DNA from: the human T2T-CHM13v2.0 reference genome, Homo sapiens
Length of the DNA: 64,000 nt
Assembly (NCBI RefSeq): GCF_009914755.1
Contig: NC_060943.1
Reading direction: 5' to 3' (one strand)
A program made the translations under genes and the position numbers. Positions 44,901-59,383 of this stretch are shown in pieces. How positions within the stretch are numbered: the stretch's first letter is position 1; every line of letters starts with the position of its first letter. The notes under the pieces are model-generated. The model ran no database searches, was not told the DNA's origin, and worked only from the letters and a program-made list of their open reading frames with translations.

Positions 44901-45478
44901 TATCAGTGCAAAAAGAGAGAATTTTAAAAGTGCAGTGTTATGGCAGAGGACCAAAAATGTGCCTCATGAGGAGGATTTCTGCTTCCACTAGGTGACACTG
45001 TTGGCTTAGAAATACCAAGTGCTTACCAAAGGAAGGAGAGAGAGAGAGAGGAAGGGACCTATTGGGTTAGTTATTATAGCATTTACCGATCTTTCCTAAC
45101 AGAACTGTTCCCTGAACTGTAAAAATTTGCACATATTGCATACACAGAAAGAATAGGAGACATAGAGACCATGGATAGAAAGGAAGAACAAATTTGCAAC
45201 AGGATAGCAAATTAGGAGACCCATTACTAACATCTGGATGAGCTGCTGGAGGCTGTGTTCAATCCAGAAGCTTTTGAATAACATCAGGGTGTGTCCTGGC
45301 CAGAAATTCTCAGCTGCTCCAGGACATCCCCCAGCCTCATGTGATGGTGAGGTTCTCCATGAAAGGAAACTAGTTTGAAGAGAACCTTGAAATTAAAGGA
45401 GAGATTTGAGGTTTGCTCCATACTCACCATTCTGATGTTTCTATCTTCTGATCACAATCCCGGATAAGAACTCCCAAA
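41960..45478 (-). mobile_element. Degenerate gamma-like ERV internal region (gag, protease start, RNase H), RT deleted, 3'-truncated
   Basis: Gag LLRVATSVFYNRDQE and zinc-knuckle remnant CSRYGRPGHFRKEC near 43250-43300; RNase H NIYIDSKYAFLVLHAHA at about 42540-42595; many stops. Confidence 0.82.
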
Positions 45479-46067
45479 TAAAATGGCTCTGTTTGGGAAT
45501 CTATCCATGGTTCTTTGTCACACACTAGAAAGAATTCAGGACATGGAAACACATAAAGAGTGGGTTTAGGAGTGAAAAATTTAACAGATAAAAAAGAAGA
45601 GAGAGAGAAAAAGCTTTTTCATACTGAGAAAGCAGTCACCTAAGAGAGGGTCTCCAATTTGGGGTGGAATGCAATTGATTTTATACAGAGACTTGAGGAG
45701 GCACTGATTGATTTACATAGGGTCCAGGGGGTTGTTTTGACCAGGTGTGCTGTTTACATAGCCCGAGAAAAGACTGGTCCTCCCACAGTAATCTTTTATT
45801 ATGCAAATGTGACTTCTACCTGGTGGTCACCATGACACCTGCACTTGTGGTGACAAGGAAAAAAGAACAGAAACCGCCATATTGGGAGTACCTGGCTCTT
45901 AGTTGCCTGCATCTATATATGCATATCTGTGCTTGCAGCCTGATCATTCAGTATTTTTTCTGTTAGAAATGGCTTGGGGGCTGCTTTTTATTAAAGGAAA
46001 ATTCCACCAAGAATTCTTTTACCCTTTCTAGCTGCCTAAAAATAATTTCTCAATAACTCCTGTATTA
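45479..46067 (-). mobile_element. LTR9-family 5' LTR (HUERS-P3 type)
   Basis: Begins TAATACAGGAGTTATTGAGAAATTA...AAAAGCAGCCCCC; followed by a tRNA-Pro-like PBS TGGGAGTTCTTATCCGGGAT (45476-45457) and donor GTGAGTA (45427-45421). Confidence 0.75.
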
Positions 46068-46069
46068 GG

Positions 46070-48220
46070 ACCCCTTTAGGAAAACAGAAAAGATGACACA
46101 GACTCTCCTGTAGGGGATTAACCATAGTTTTCTTTTCTCATGGAATCCCAAGAGTTGCAAGTGAATAGATTTCTCTCAGGTCTAAAACTCTGTTCTTCTC
46201 TCCGTTGTGTTACCTGACCTCTTTGCCTTTTACATTACTTTGTACTGTAAAAATATTTGACTTGTGTGTGTAATGATTGCCAGGTCAGTGGTAAGAGCTA
46301 TGGTTTTGAAGGTGACTAACAGTGGTTATAATAAATTATTCTAGCTTCAGAGGGCTACTCATTTCTTTGCATGTTTAGATACAAAAGACACAGTTTAAAC
46401 AATTAAGGAAATGCCTTTGTAGCAAGGTACTCTGTGGGAGTGTTGCACAGTATGGTCCTCATTGCATTTTCCTCTTCTTGGGGACCTGGGATTCAGTGAA
46501 ATCCTTGATTTTTAATGTCTAAATGTTGTCCCTTCCAACTGGTTCTCTTTTTTACATATTTAAATGATTAGAATCTAAAAATTGCATAGACATTGTTGTC
46601 CCTCTTCCTTAATGGGCTCTATCTTGAGCACAGTGATTCAGTTGAAGAACAGAGACCAAATTAAAAGCTACATCTTTTAAGAAACAACAGGTGCTGGAGA
46701 GGATGTGGAGAAATAGGAACACTTTTACAGTGTTGATGGGACTGTAAACTAGTTCAACCATTGTGGAAGTCAGTGTGGCAATTCTTCAGGGATCCAGAAC
46801 TAGAAATGCCATTTGATGCAGCCATCCCATTACTGGGTATATACCCAAAGGATTATAAATCATGCTGCTATAAAGACACATTCACACGTATGTTTATTGT
46901 GGCACTATTCACAATAGCAAAGACCTGGAGCCAACCCAAATGTCCAATAATGATAGACTGGATTAAGAAAATGTGGCACATATACACCATGGAACACTAT
47001 GCAGCCATAAAAAATGTTGAGTTCATGTCCTTTGCAGGGACATGGATGAAGCTGGAAACCATCATTCTCAGCAAACTATCGCAAGGACAAAAAATCAAAC
47101 ACCACATGCTCTCACTCATAGGTGGGAGTTGAACACTGAGAACACATGGACACAGGAAGGGGAACATCACACACCAGGGCCTGTTGTGGGGTGGGAAGAT
47201 GGGGGAGGGATAGCATTAGGAGATATATCTAATGTTAAATGATGAGTTAATGGGTGCAGCACACCAACATGGCACATGTATACATATATAACTAACCTGC
47301 CCGTTGTGCACATGTACCCTAAAACTTAAAGTCTAATAAAAAATAAATAAATAAAACCCCATGGTGAATTTCTATTATTTTTGTGTTACCTTGGCATCTT
47401 TTTAATCTTCCTTGAACACACCAAATTTTTTCCTGAAAGAGCTTAAGTTCTCTCTTTCTCTCTTTGCTTTGAGATGTAAATGTGCTATGTATTTTCTCTG
47501 AAACTCAGTAAAGCCTTCCTCAGATAAATGTTAACCTTTACCATTTACAAGAAAGCAATTTGAATCCAACTTTCCTTTAAAATGGTGGGTTTTACCGATC
47601 TCATGCCTAAAGCCCTAAAATCAAAATTCTAAAATCTTTTTGTCTCTCTCTATCTTTATGTGAACATATATATGTTATATGTTTTATAACATACATGTTT
47701 ATGTCACACATTTATATACTGTTGACACATAGTTTCAAATTAATGTAAAAATAAATGAGTACTCACAAATTAAGTGAATAAGCCCAAATGCTTTTCTATA
47801 CATGTGATTTTAATAACCTTTGGTGAATATAGTTTTAAAATTGTTGGTAAAATAAAGAAGAAATGTCTTCGTAATTTAATTTATACGTTTTTGCCTATGT
47901 CTGTTGGCAGGCAGGCTTATATTGTCTTTACTAGGTGTTTTAAGGTCATCAAACAGTTGCTTCCATATATATACATTTTCTTAATTTGTCTGTGAGCTTA
48001 TGTCTTTATATTTGAAGCTTTAAATTCTGAGTTCTAGATGAGTGACCACAGTAAGAACTGGGGACAAAACCCATCCCATCCTCCAGCTGTGCCTTTTAGC
48101 CATGCTGGGAGAGATGAGATTATCCAGGCATTTTCTTCATAGCTCTGTTCTTTGTCTTGGGCTTTGCTTGTGGTACATAGTTAGAATGATTTACTCCCTA
48201 GTTTTTTTTCTACTGAGAAT
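46070..48220 (+). mobile_element. MER4-group ERV internal fragments interrupted by L1PA
   Basis: AT-rich non-coding internal-type sequence on both sides of the L1. Confidence 0.4.
46680..47356 (+). mobile_element. 5'-truncated L1PA (ORF2 end, 3' UTR, A-rich tail)
   Basis: WKSVW...AIPLLGIYPKDYKSCCYKDT...; canonical 3' UTR ending GTACCCTAAAACTTAAAGT..AATAAA. Confidence 0.95.
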
Positions 48221-48225
48221 AAGGC

Positions 48226-49035
48226 TGTATGAGTCTGTTTTTACATTGCTACAGACAAATACATGAACCTGAATAATTTATAAAGAAAAAAGTTTGAATG
48301 GTCTCATGATTCAGCAGGTTGTAGAGTAAGCATGATTCTGGCATCTGCTCAACTTTCGAGGAGGCCTCAGAAAACTTACAATCACGGAGAAAGCCAATGG
48401 TGGAGGAAGACATCTAATATAATGGGAACTGGAGGAAGACAGCAAGTGTTGCACACTGGTAAACAACCAGATAAAAACTCACTGTTGCCATAACAGCACC
48501 AAGGAGAATGGTGTTAAAATATGAGAAACCACGTCCATGATCCAATCACATCCAACCAGGCTCCACCTCCAACTTTGGAGATTACAATTTGACATGAGAT
48601 TTGGGTGGGGGTAAAGGTCCAAAAAAATATTATTCTCCACGTCATCCCTCCCAAATCTCATGTCTTTCTCACATTGAATAATATAAGAATGGCTTCCCAA
48701 CCATCTCTAGAGTCTTAACTCATTCCAGCATTAACTCAAAAGTCTGAAATAGCAAGTTTCATCTGAGACAAGGCAAGTTCCTTTTACCTATGAGCCTGTA
48801 AATTCAAAAACAAGTTAGTTACTTTCAAGACACAATGGAGGTATAGGCATTGGGTAAATACTCCCATTCCAAAGGGAAGAAATAGGCTGAAGGAAATAGG
48901 ATACAGGCCCCATGAAAGTCTGAAACCTTGCAGCACAGTCTTTAAAACTTAAAGCTCCAAAATAATCTCCTTTGACCCCATATCTCATATTCAGGGCACA
49001 CTGATGTAAGGCTTAGGCTTCCAAGGTTCTGGGCA
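48226..49035. mobile_element. MaLR MST LTR (about 48226-48632) plus MST-internal fragment
   Basis: AATTTATAAAGAAAA, GGAGGCCTCAGAAAACTTACAATCA, GACATGAGATTTGGGTGGGG; then CCCAAATCTCATGTC internal start. Confidence 0.8.
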
Positions 49036-49204
49036 TCACAGGAATATTCCAAGAGAGTCACAAAAGAATTTGTAGTGTGGCTTTTGATGCTAAACAGTGT
49101 ATTAGACTGAGTAAGTCACTGAAGAGAAAAAAGTCAGAGGAGAAGATGAGTGAGGGTGACAGAAATGGAATGGTGAAAGGAAAGGTCTGATAAAAATGTT
49201 TATC

Positions 49205-49501
49205 GGCTGGGCATGGTGGCTCACGCCTGTAATCCCAGCACTTTGGGAGGCTGCAGTGGGTGGATCACGAGGTCAGGAGTTTGAGACCATCCTGACCAAC
49301 AAGGTGAAACCCCATCTCTACTAAAAATACAAAAATTAGCCAGGCATGGTGGCATGCACCTGTAATCCCAGCTACTCAGGAGGCTGAAGGCAGGAGAATC
49401 ACTTGAACTTGGGATGCGGAGGTTGCAGTGAGCTGAGATCGCGACATTGCACTCTAGCCTGGGTGACAGAATGAGACTCCATCTCAAAAAAAAAAACAAA
49501 A
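49205..49501 (+). mobile_element. AluS
   Basis: Full dimer + poly(A); empty site visible near 850. Confidence 0.95.
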
Positions 49502-50029
49502 GTTTACCCAGGGGCTCATCTGGTACCTTGCTCTGTGACTAATATCTTACACATTTTGATTTACTCTTCCACTTTCATTTTCTGATGCGTGAAGGGTCAC
49601 CCTTCTGCTGAAGATGAGAAAAGAGGCTGAGGGAGCTCAAATGAGTGGTCTAGAGTCATCCAGCTACTTCACAGAGCTTGTGTGTTTCACCTTGACGTTG
49701 TGCACAGACAGAAAAGTGAGACACAGAAGGAAGGCAAAGCAAGTTTTTGTTGTGGGTGACATTTATGAAAGTTACCTGTGTTGGCAGAATAACGGACTCC
49801 TAAAATGTTTGCACCCTAGCTCTAGAACCTGTGCATTTACTTTTCTTGGTAAAAACACAGTGCAGGGGTGATAAAATTAAAATCTTAAGATGTGGACGTT
49901 ATTCTAGATTATCTGGGTGGGCCCATTGTAATCAGAAGTGTCCTTGTAAGTGACAAAGAAAAGCAGGGGCATCAGTCTGAGAATGATGAGCCTGTGAAAC
50001 TCCACTGGCCAATGCTGAGTGTGAGCATG

Positions 50030-52490
50030 CATCAAAAGACAAAATTACAACTAATGTAGTTATAGATTTTATTTTTTGTTTATTATTTGAGGCAGCTCTT
50101 ACTCTACAAATATGGTGACAGCCCTCCCTGAGCTATACAATAACAAAACAGTGGGTTTTGTCAAGTGGGAACCAGTAAACAAAGCCATATAAATAAATAA
50201 ATTGGTGAACATTAGGGTACTTCAGGTCTCTTTTCTGTAAAAGTTAAAGCAGAGGAAACTTTTATTATGCTATCTCAGGTAGAGTGGAATCTCCTGTTTT
50301 CAACCAAAAACAAAGGTCTGTTCTGGTATCTCTTTGCTTCATTAAAATTTCAGTTGTAGACTGTAGCATTTAGCATGAGTGGTTCTATTTTGGAGTCTCT
50401 AGGCTCTCACTTAGGTGAGTGTGACCAAAATTTAAAGCATTGGCATTCATCTCAGTAACCATCATATTGGGCTTCCATCATTTATAGGTTTATGATGTCT
50501 TCCTGATCACACATTTCTTTGAGTTTTTGTCATTTCAGCCAAAGAGAGACCCTTTGGTATTTGTTGATGGCTGCACACAAAACTTTCTAAAAACTTTTGT
50601 AGAATTCACCACACCAAAATGTAGAATTTAAAAACCTATAGAATTTATCACACCAGAGAGGCTACTAGTATGACTATTAGGAGGGTAACACCAAAAGTTT
50701 GGAGTATGCACTTTAGGCAAGATGCAAACCAAGCAAAATAGAATAGATCAAAGAATGAGCCAGAAGAGTCTAGCAATTTTAACCAAGTAGTATGTTTGGT
50801 AACTTCTGTGATTGAGTCATTATTATACTCGATACATTTGTTTATGTGTAACAATCAGTGTCAGAAACTGCACAGGCTCCTCCCTGTTCAGCTGGTAGGG
50901 AACAACTTTATTATGTAGCATTCGATGGCTCATTAAATTAAAACAGGGAGTGAAAACAAGTGAGTCTGAAAATGTAACTTTAAAAGGGCCACTGTACATT
51001 TGAACAAACAATTGTGTTAAAGATGCTGCTAATGTCAGCCATTGGGTGGACTAAATGATATCTTCTGTAAAACTTTGAGGGTGACGTGATATATCTGTCA
51101 CTCTGTTACGCTACTCTCAGAAGCTACTTCACGTGAGATTCTAATGATACCATCATCCTGCCAAGTGAAAGAGGCAGGCATAAGCATGGACAAATTAAGA
51201 GGGGTAAGAGCCTGATTTTGATGTGAAGACTTGTTCTGGCAACTTAGGAAAAGCTTTTCACAGTGTGAAGTTGTCAACTTCTTATCCTGGTTTTAAGTTT
51301 GAGTGTCTGTAGTTATGGTGTCAAACATATTGGTGAGCTCCGAGTGACTCATACTTCAGGCACGAGGGTTTTCCTGTGAAATTTACATTGAGCTTTCCAC
51401 CTCCAGCTTATAGGACTTCAGTAACAGAGCAGATTTTGTTCTTACTGATTCAATAAGAAAAAACTGGATGGGAGGAACTAGAAGAATTCAGGGTCTAGTC
51501 CAGTCTACCGGTGAATAATAAAAACTCAAAAACAATGAACAGAGCTGCAGTTTCATAGCAGGTATACTACACTTTTTATTTGCAACATTATTTTTCTCTC
51601 TATAGGCATATCTATTTTTACCAAAGATAAACCCAGTAGGACAAATTTGTTTACAAAGTAGGTTTAGTCTTATGAAACTTTGCCGGGATTCTTTACATAG
51701 GTGCATCAAGAGTAGCAATGGACGACAGAGGCTCTTCCTGAAGTTTGCTTCGCTAGAAGTTTTTATAAGGAGTCTCAGATTAAACTTTTACAAACCTCTC
51801 AAAGGCCATCTTCAGACTTTGCCTGCAGTACTTATGGGTCCATTCTATGTATATTCTCAAATATAACATCTCAGTCAAAGGCTTGGTAATATAACCAATG
51901 TTTTGAAACGTGCCCTTTTGTAAAGAGAGAAGATTCTTACTAAACTTGTGCAAATAACTGTATTAGCATAAACGTATGAATACTCATGAATAGTTTCCCA
52001 ATCCTGGGACAGTTAGGTAAAGAGCAAAAATAAATGGACTTCAATTATTGTTTCCAAAAGTATACTTTACCAAATTGCTTTAGATATAGATAGCTTAAAA
52101 GAAGAAAAATTCCATAAATCTGGAAAAAATCATTTAAAGAATCAGCAAATTTTCAAATAAAAATTATAAAAACATTATCCACGTTATCATTTATTTCAAT
52201 GAAATTATTTTTGTTCTGCTTGGTCTAGGTTGGCATATTTCATGAAGGCATCAACCAGTCTGTTAAAGCTTTGAAAGTCTATAGACAGTCCAGTGATATA
52301 ATCTTGAACTGCTCAGAAACTTGTATGCAAGAGTACTTGTCAGTATCTTTTCCATAAATCTTTTGAAATAGAAGCAATTTTGGACTGTAGCTGATTGCAA
52401 CTGCTTTCAGGAAGAATCAAAACAACTATCTGTGAATGACCATCATGTAAAATGACTATTGCTAAAACTCTGATAAGAGTTTGATATAAT
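50030..52490 (-). mobile_element. MER65-like LTR (about 50030-50460) + internal sequence, third copy
   Basis: Colinear with 1685-5300; keeps about 390 bp missing from the PSG2 copy. Confidence 0.6.
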
Positions 52491-52579
52491 AAAGAGAGTA
52501 ACTCCAGCCAGTACACCAGTCATGATGCTGACATTGGCCCCAACTGAGAGATGAAAAGAACTTTCTTGTCCTGAAACAG
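52485..52579 (-). pseudogene. Orphan CEACAM GPI/TM-type exon remnant AVSGQESSFHLSVGANVSIMTGVLAGVTL, 3'-truncated
   Basis: Same acceptor context as 7176 and 32611; hydrophobic GANVSIMTGVLAGV motif; fused directly to ERV-internal sequence. Confidence 0.8.
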
Positions 52580-52643
52580 CTGTCATGGAAAAAAAAAGAA
52601 GAGAAGGAATAAACAATAAAGACAGCAAGGGTTTTAACCAATT

Positions 52644-52930
<287 letters not shown>

Positions 52931-54114
52931 GGTTTCATCCTTTTTATAATAAGAATGAACTCCTTATGTAATAATAAATAAATAAACAGAAATTATTTGC
53001 TTTGGATGTAGCAAATGTAGATTTAGATTGTCCAGAGTCAGGAGCTAAGCCTCATTTTTTTTTTTTGTTTTAGCTCAGTGTAGAGTGCATTGAAGTTGTC
53101 CTAAAAATAATTCCATATAGTAAGCCAACTTTAAACCCTGCTCACAGCCAGATCTGCCAAGAGTGAGCCACGTAAAATTACCAAAAAGGGTGGTTCTGAC
53201 TGACTCCTTAACAATAACGTGGCTTACAAACAAAGACTGATATGAAATAGTTGATCCAACCCAAACACTTTGCTCATTTCCCAAAATTTTCTATACAAAC
53301 ATATACAACTTACCACAACATAAAGATCATAATGAAAGGTTTGCCTTTTATTCGTTTAAATGACCATATGTTTAGATCTGATGTACTGACAGTGATAATT
53401 CTCCATTAAACAGAAACCTAATAAAATTTGAAAAATAGTGATTTCATATTTAGATGATACTCAGATCTTCTGCTACGTATGTGGAAAATGGAATTATTGC
53501 TAGAAACATTGTTTAAAGATTAGGGTATGAAAGAAGTATTAGGAAGTCAGGAGGTTCTTTCTTTAGGAAGCAGCTTATCTGGATTCATTCAAAGAGCTTT
53601 AGGCCAGTTTGAGGTCTTTCTGCAAAATGTAAATTGCTATCTGAGAAACCATATATAGTCCAATGATGAAAGAATGCAAAGCCTTAGAAGCACCGGAGAC
53701 AATTCCAGTATCTTCCCTAAAGTTCTGACAAAAAGGAAAATAACTATCAAATTATTCAACTCGAATGCTTATTATGTATGTATAAGTCAGTCGGCAGATG
53801 AAGAGAGGAGGGAAATATGACTTCTACCCTTAGGGAACACATAGTCTTGTGGGGGCCACTAGGGGTGGTGGTGTGACCTGCCTGGAGCAGCGCTAAATAT
53901 GGACTTGTGAGTCAAGGGCTATCAAAACCTAAGTAAACTGATGGCCGTTCAGAGAAGGTAGAGTTCCATTCCACAGTTTGCAAGAAGGACTATTTCATGG
54001 AGGAGGTCATGTTGGACTAGACCTTTAAAAGTTGGTAGAATTTAAAGGGAAGGATATGGAAGCAGGAAGAGTGACAATGAGCAGAGGTACAGGAGTGAGG
54101 CAAGGGTGAGCAAT

Positions 54115-55325
54115 TTTAATTTTTTAATAGTGGTATTATAAAATGCACATCAAAATTTGCCATATTATTATTATTATTATTTTGGAGACAGTGTCTGGCT
54201 CTGTTGCCCAGGCTGGAATGCAGTAGCTCAATCATGGCTTACTGTAGCCTCCACCTCCTGGGCTCAAGCAATCCTCATACCTCAGCCTCCTGAGTAGCTG
54301 GGACCACAAGCATATAACACCACGCCCAGCTAATTTTTATATTTTTGGGAGTGACAAGATCTTCCTATGTTGCCCAGGCTGGTCTCAAACTCCTGGACTC
54401 AAATGATCCTCCTGCCTTAGCCCCAAAGTGCTGGGACTACAGGTATGAGCCACTGCACCTGACCCCATCTTAAAAATTTCTAAGTGCACAGTTCAGAAAT
54501 ACATTTGCATTGTGCAACCATCAGCGCCACCCATCTTCAGAGAGTATTTTTCATCTTGTAACAGGGAAAATTCATATCCATGAAACACTAACTCCTCATT
54601 TTTCCTCCTCCCCACCCCAGGTAACCACTATTCCAGTGTCTCTATGATTGTGACTGCTCTAGGGACTTCTATAAATGAGATCATACACTGTGTATCTTTT
54701 TGTGACTGGCTTATTTCACTTAGCATAATGTCCTCAAGGTTCATTCATGTTGTAACATATGTGAGAATTTTTTTCCTTTTGAAGGCTGAATAATATTTCA
54801 TTGTATGGATAGACCACTTTTTGTTTATCCATTCATCTATCTATGGACACTTAGGTTGCCTTCACTTTTTGGATATTGTAAATAGTGCTGCTATAAACAT
54901 GGAGGTACCAATATCTGTTTCGGTCTCTGCTTTCAATTATTTTTGCTTTATACCCAGGAGTGGAATGGCCAAGTCATACAGTCCCTCTAGTTTTAGTTTT
55001 CTGAGGAACCACCATAATGTTTTTCACAGTGGCTGCACCATTTTAATTCTTATGAATAGTGCACAGGGGTTCCAATTTTTCCACAGTCTCATTAACACTT
55101 ATTATTTTCTGGGGTTTTTGCTTTGTGTTTGAGAGTAGCCATTTAAATTCGCATAAGGTATAATTTCATTGTGGTTTACATTTTCATTTCCTTAATGATT
55201 AGTGATATTGATCAATATTTTCTATGCTTGCTGGCCATTTGTATATCTTCTTTGGAGAAATGTTTATTCAGGTCGTCTGCCTATTTTGTTAAATCGGGTT
55301 GATTTTTTTTGCTGTTGTTTAGGTA
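54115..55325 (-). mobile_element. L1MB-like 3' fragment with nested AluJ (about 54163-54463)
   Basis: GACTGGCTTATTTCACTTAGCATAATGTCCTCAAGGTTCAT etc. Confidence 0.85.
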
Positions 55326-55759
55326 GAGAAAGCAATCTTTGAATACCAGTGATGTTTCACTAATGCTGGGCCACTGATTTCACAAGAAGTTGTATGAGGT
55401 ATTGGAATGTGTGTTTGGTTTCAATCATGGCTGAGGTTAAATGCCTTTTCCAAAATTCAGTGTGAATTTCACCAGAAGCCACAAAGGATCCAGGAGCAAG
55501 AACATGGTGTGACTGCTCTGTGCTAAAGAATTTCAGCCTGATGACAGTGAGCAGGCTACACATGAGACTAACACAAGAACAGGTGGAGAGGGAGACTTTC
55601 CACTGGAAGAAGGTGATTCTAACATGCAGAATCACCTTCAAGGAGCAAGTAAGCAGAAAAATAGACAATGGCACAGTGGCCAGGCAAGAAGACACTAGGT
55701 CCAGAATCTGAGGTTCAAATCCTGGCTCTGTGAGATAAAAACATGCCTTGGTTTCCCCA

Positions 55760-56195
55760 TGCTACTGAAACACCAGGGGTTGGGTCTAGGTCCCATTGCT
55801 CACTGCACAGAAAGCCAACCACTGAGACAATGAACATTGCCAGGGAAGAAGGCTTTATTTGGGTGCTGCAGCCAAGGAGGTGGGAGATCAGTCTTAAATT
55901 CATCTCTCCAGCCCACTCAAATTGGAGGGTTTATATAGCTGGGAAGGGAGGTAACTACCTGCAGGGAAAACAGCAATTAAGGAGGGGTAAGGAAGCAATC
56001 ATGATAAATGAAGAGTCTGGTGTCTCATTCTCTGATGGTGATGTGGTGAATTTCAGTCTCTTGCCTGAAGGTCCGTTTCCTAACTCAGATGACTGACAAA
56101 TGTTAAGTTTCAAGTTTTAAGACCGGATGGGTCAATTTCTATGTTTATTCAAAAACCCTGTAAATATCAGTTCTATGTGGAACTTGAGCTGGTTT
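55760..56195 (-). mobile_element. ERV1 LTR (MER31/MER67-like)
   Basis: TACTGAAACACCAGGGGTT...CACAGAAAGCCAA...GAAGGCTTTATT terminus. Confidence 0.55.
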
Positions 56196-56679
56196 GCCCC
56201 CAGTTATCACAGTTAGTGTTAAATGATGCAATATAAGTAAAACACCAGCAGTTTCTGACACACACACAGAGTGCATGACACAAGTGGTGTGTTGGGACAA
56301 TATAGCTCAGTGAACTCCCTTTGTCTACTCAGTTATATTGAGCAATGAGGCATCTCTGAAGATGCCACTTTGCTACTTCTCCCCTGATAATTTCACCAGA
56401 TCCAGCCATATGAGCACTGCAAGTGGGGACTTAGCTTAAATCATTCCTCATATTTCCCATGCAGGTAAATCATTTAGCACCAAAACAGGCACAGAAGTCC
56501 AAGTCCTGCTGCCAGCTCCACGACTGATGGCACAGAGAGACTTCAGGATTAGTCCTTTAATCTCTGTCCTCTATTAAATGAAGGTCATCATGCTGCTGCC
56601 TAATGTAAAAGGATTGTGGGGATTTTCATCATTCATTAATGATTATCTTATTCTTTGAAACCCCAAGAAAACTATATAA

Positions 56680-57119
<440 letters not shown>

Positions 57120-58525
57120 TAAGTCAGGTGTTTATCTTAGCTGATACTGCCTTAGTGTTGGCACAACTTAAATTTAGTTCAAATAATATTTGCATGATCT
57201 TTGCACAACACATAAATGCCCAGGAACAGGTGGTGCTCCTCGGTGGTCAACACCAGGATTGCTATGGCAGGGCAGATTCTTTCTCTATAGCCCAGGTCAC
57301 TGGCATTCAAAGAAATATTTTTCAATCTCTGATTTTTCTCTGGAAGTAGGAAAATGCTTCCCTAACTGCTTTACTTGTAAGGATGTTTCTTGCTAATTCT
57401 GTGCCCAGAGTAACTAATGGGGACATAGACATAGACATCATTCAAATGGCATTCTCTCTTTATGATAACCCATGCTTTAAAATGAAATAAACCAAACCCA
57501 TGCCTTAAGACAACAGTCAAGAAATACATTCTGCCTAAGGAAAAGTCCTGTGTTTGAAGGTTGTTGTCCAAATAATCTGACGTTGTGGTCATGAAACATT
57601 GAAAATAGCATTTGGAGCAGTAAGTATAAAAAATTTAGAAGGACTAAAACTACTTGAATGCTTGTTGGGAGGTTTACAATGTAGTCAAACACCAGTTAAG
57701 CAAAAATAAAATTTACTACTTAACTGTTTACATTTTCTAATGTGTGGTTTCATGGAATTGTTGAGATAGAAGTAGACACTGAAATAGGAGTACTTGAAAG
57801 TAATAAGACAGAGATTTTTATAAAGTTATTTCTGACCTAATTAAGAAAAATATAATCTCTATCACATATGAAATAAACAACTTTAGAAAAATGCAATGTC
57901 AAAGAAAACACTTGGAATGGCCAACAAATATCTACTACAGATAGAAATGAAAATATTTATGTTATGTAAATGTTGGGCATCAAATTGTCTCCGAAGTTGC
58001 CTTCTAGAGAACTTTGTTTAGTTGGTGTATTCTTCCTATGAATCAAAGGAATACAGTCTTATGATAATAAGTAATGAGGGATAGGAGACAATTTTAAGGA
58101 TTTTAGGAAAGTAGGGAAGCAGTGAAGTGAAGGGTAGGCAGATACTTCGGAGGGTAAAAAGTGTTTTTGATTCAAAAGAAAAGCTAAGGTAGTTTGAAGA
58201 AAACATGCATCATCTACTAGTTAATCTGGGGTACAATGAAGGTGGTGTTATTTTAGCAGTGTTCAGAAAAGACCAGTTAATTCTGTGGCCATACAGAACG
58301 AATGGAAAGATTGCAAAAAACAGATTCTGAGGAATACAAATCAATCTAGCAAGGAACTTTATGATGAAGGACCAATGTAAGCATAGAATGCACTGTATTT
58401 TTTATTATTATTATTAGCAGCATCATTGGTATGGTGATGTTACCTACTTTTGGAGTGGAGCTAGATATGAGAGAGCTGCATGTCCCTTGAACTTTATTTG
58501 GGGTAAATAGTGAAAACAATATCTA

Positions 58526-58640
58526 TGATGAGTTAATGGGTGCAGCACACCAACATGGCACATGTATACATATGTAACAAACCTGCGTGTTGTGCTCATG
58601 TACCCTAGAACTTAAAGTATAATAAAAAAAGAAAGAAAAC
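58526..58640 (+). mobile_element. Very short L1PA 3' tail
   Basis: GAGTTAATGGGTGCAGCACACCAACATGGCACATGTATAC...CTTAAAGTATAATAAA. Confidence 0.9.
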
Positions 58641-59383
58641 TATATCTAAATAAAAAAGAAAACATTCCAGAGGTGCAGAATTCAAGCTAGAAGAATTGTG
58701 TCCTTGGATGTCCCAAGGTCAAATTTTAATATGTCATTGAATGAAGGTTCCAATGTTTGGAATAATGAAAAAAGTCATATTGAATTTTGTCTTTGCTGTC
58801 CTCCCTCCCCAGTGTCTACCAAAGAGGCTGAGTAAATATTCATGCAAGTCAATACACTGTCACAGCCACAATTCATCCTAGCAATCTTTCCTGGAATAGT
58901 CACTTAAGACGTATCTGGTGAGGACCCATTGGCACTTTTAGAGCAATCAGAAAATACCTCAAATTGCTCACATCTAGTGTAGGAGAAGGCTAATCCATCC
59001 CTGTTTCATGAAGCATCACTTCAATATCCTGGGACAGTCATTCTACCCAAATCTTCTCTCCCTAGAGCCCAACACTCTCTGCATCTTCATCCATTCTTCA
59101 CGGGGCTTGATTTCCAAGACTCTCTACCATCTTGGCCACACACCATGTTACACATTCACTATGGACACTGCACCACTGCGGATGCTGCACCAAGGGTTCT
59201 GAATCCAAGGGCAGATTGTTATGAACAGCCCCTTTAAAAGTCTTAAACGTGATACACTGGTCTGTCAGCAGATGTGCAGAGCCTCTTATGGGAGACGCAA
59301 TATTTGACTCATGTGATTCAATGTCCATAAGTCTTCATCCGAAAGATGCCCATAGAGACAAAGAGCAGAGTAAAGTCCTTGCA

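Larger units (their letters stand above)
49050..52615 (-). repeat. Third paralogous copy of the CEACAM/PSG 3'-end block (homologous to about 710-5300 and 29560-31020)
   Basis: Colinear matches, e.g. TAGACTGAGTAAGT(T/C)ACTGAAGAGAAA near 755 and 49105; shared MIR, MLT1, ERV LTR and internal sequence. Confidence 0.9.
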
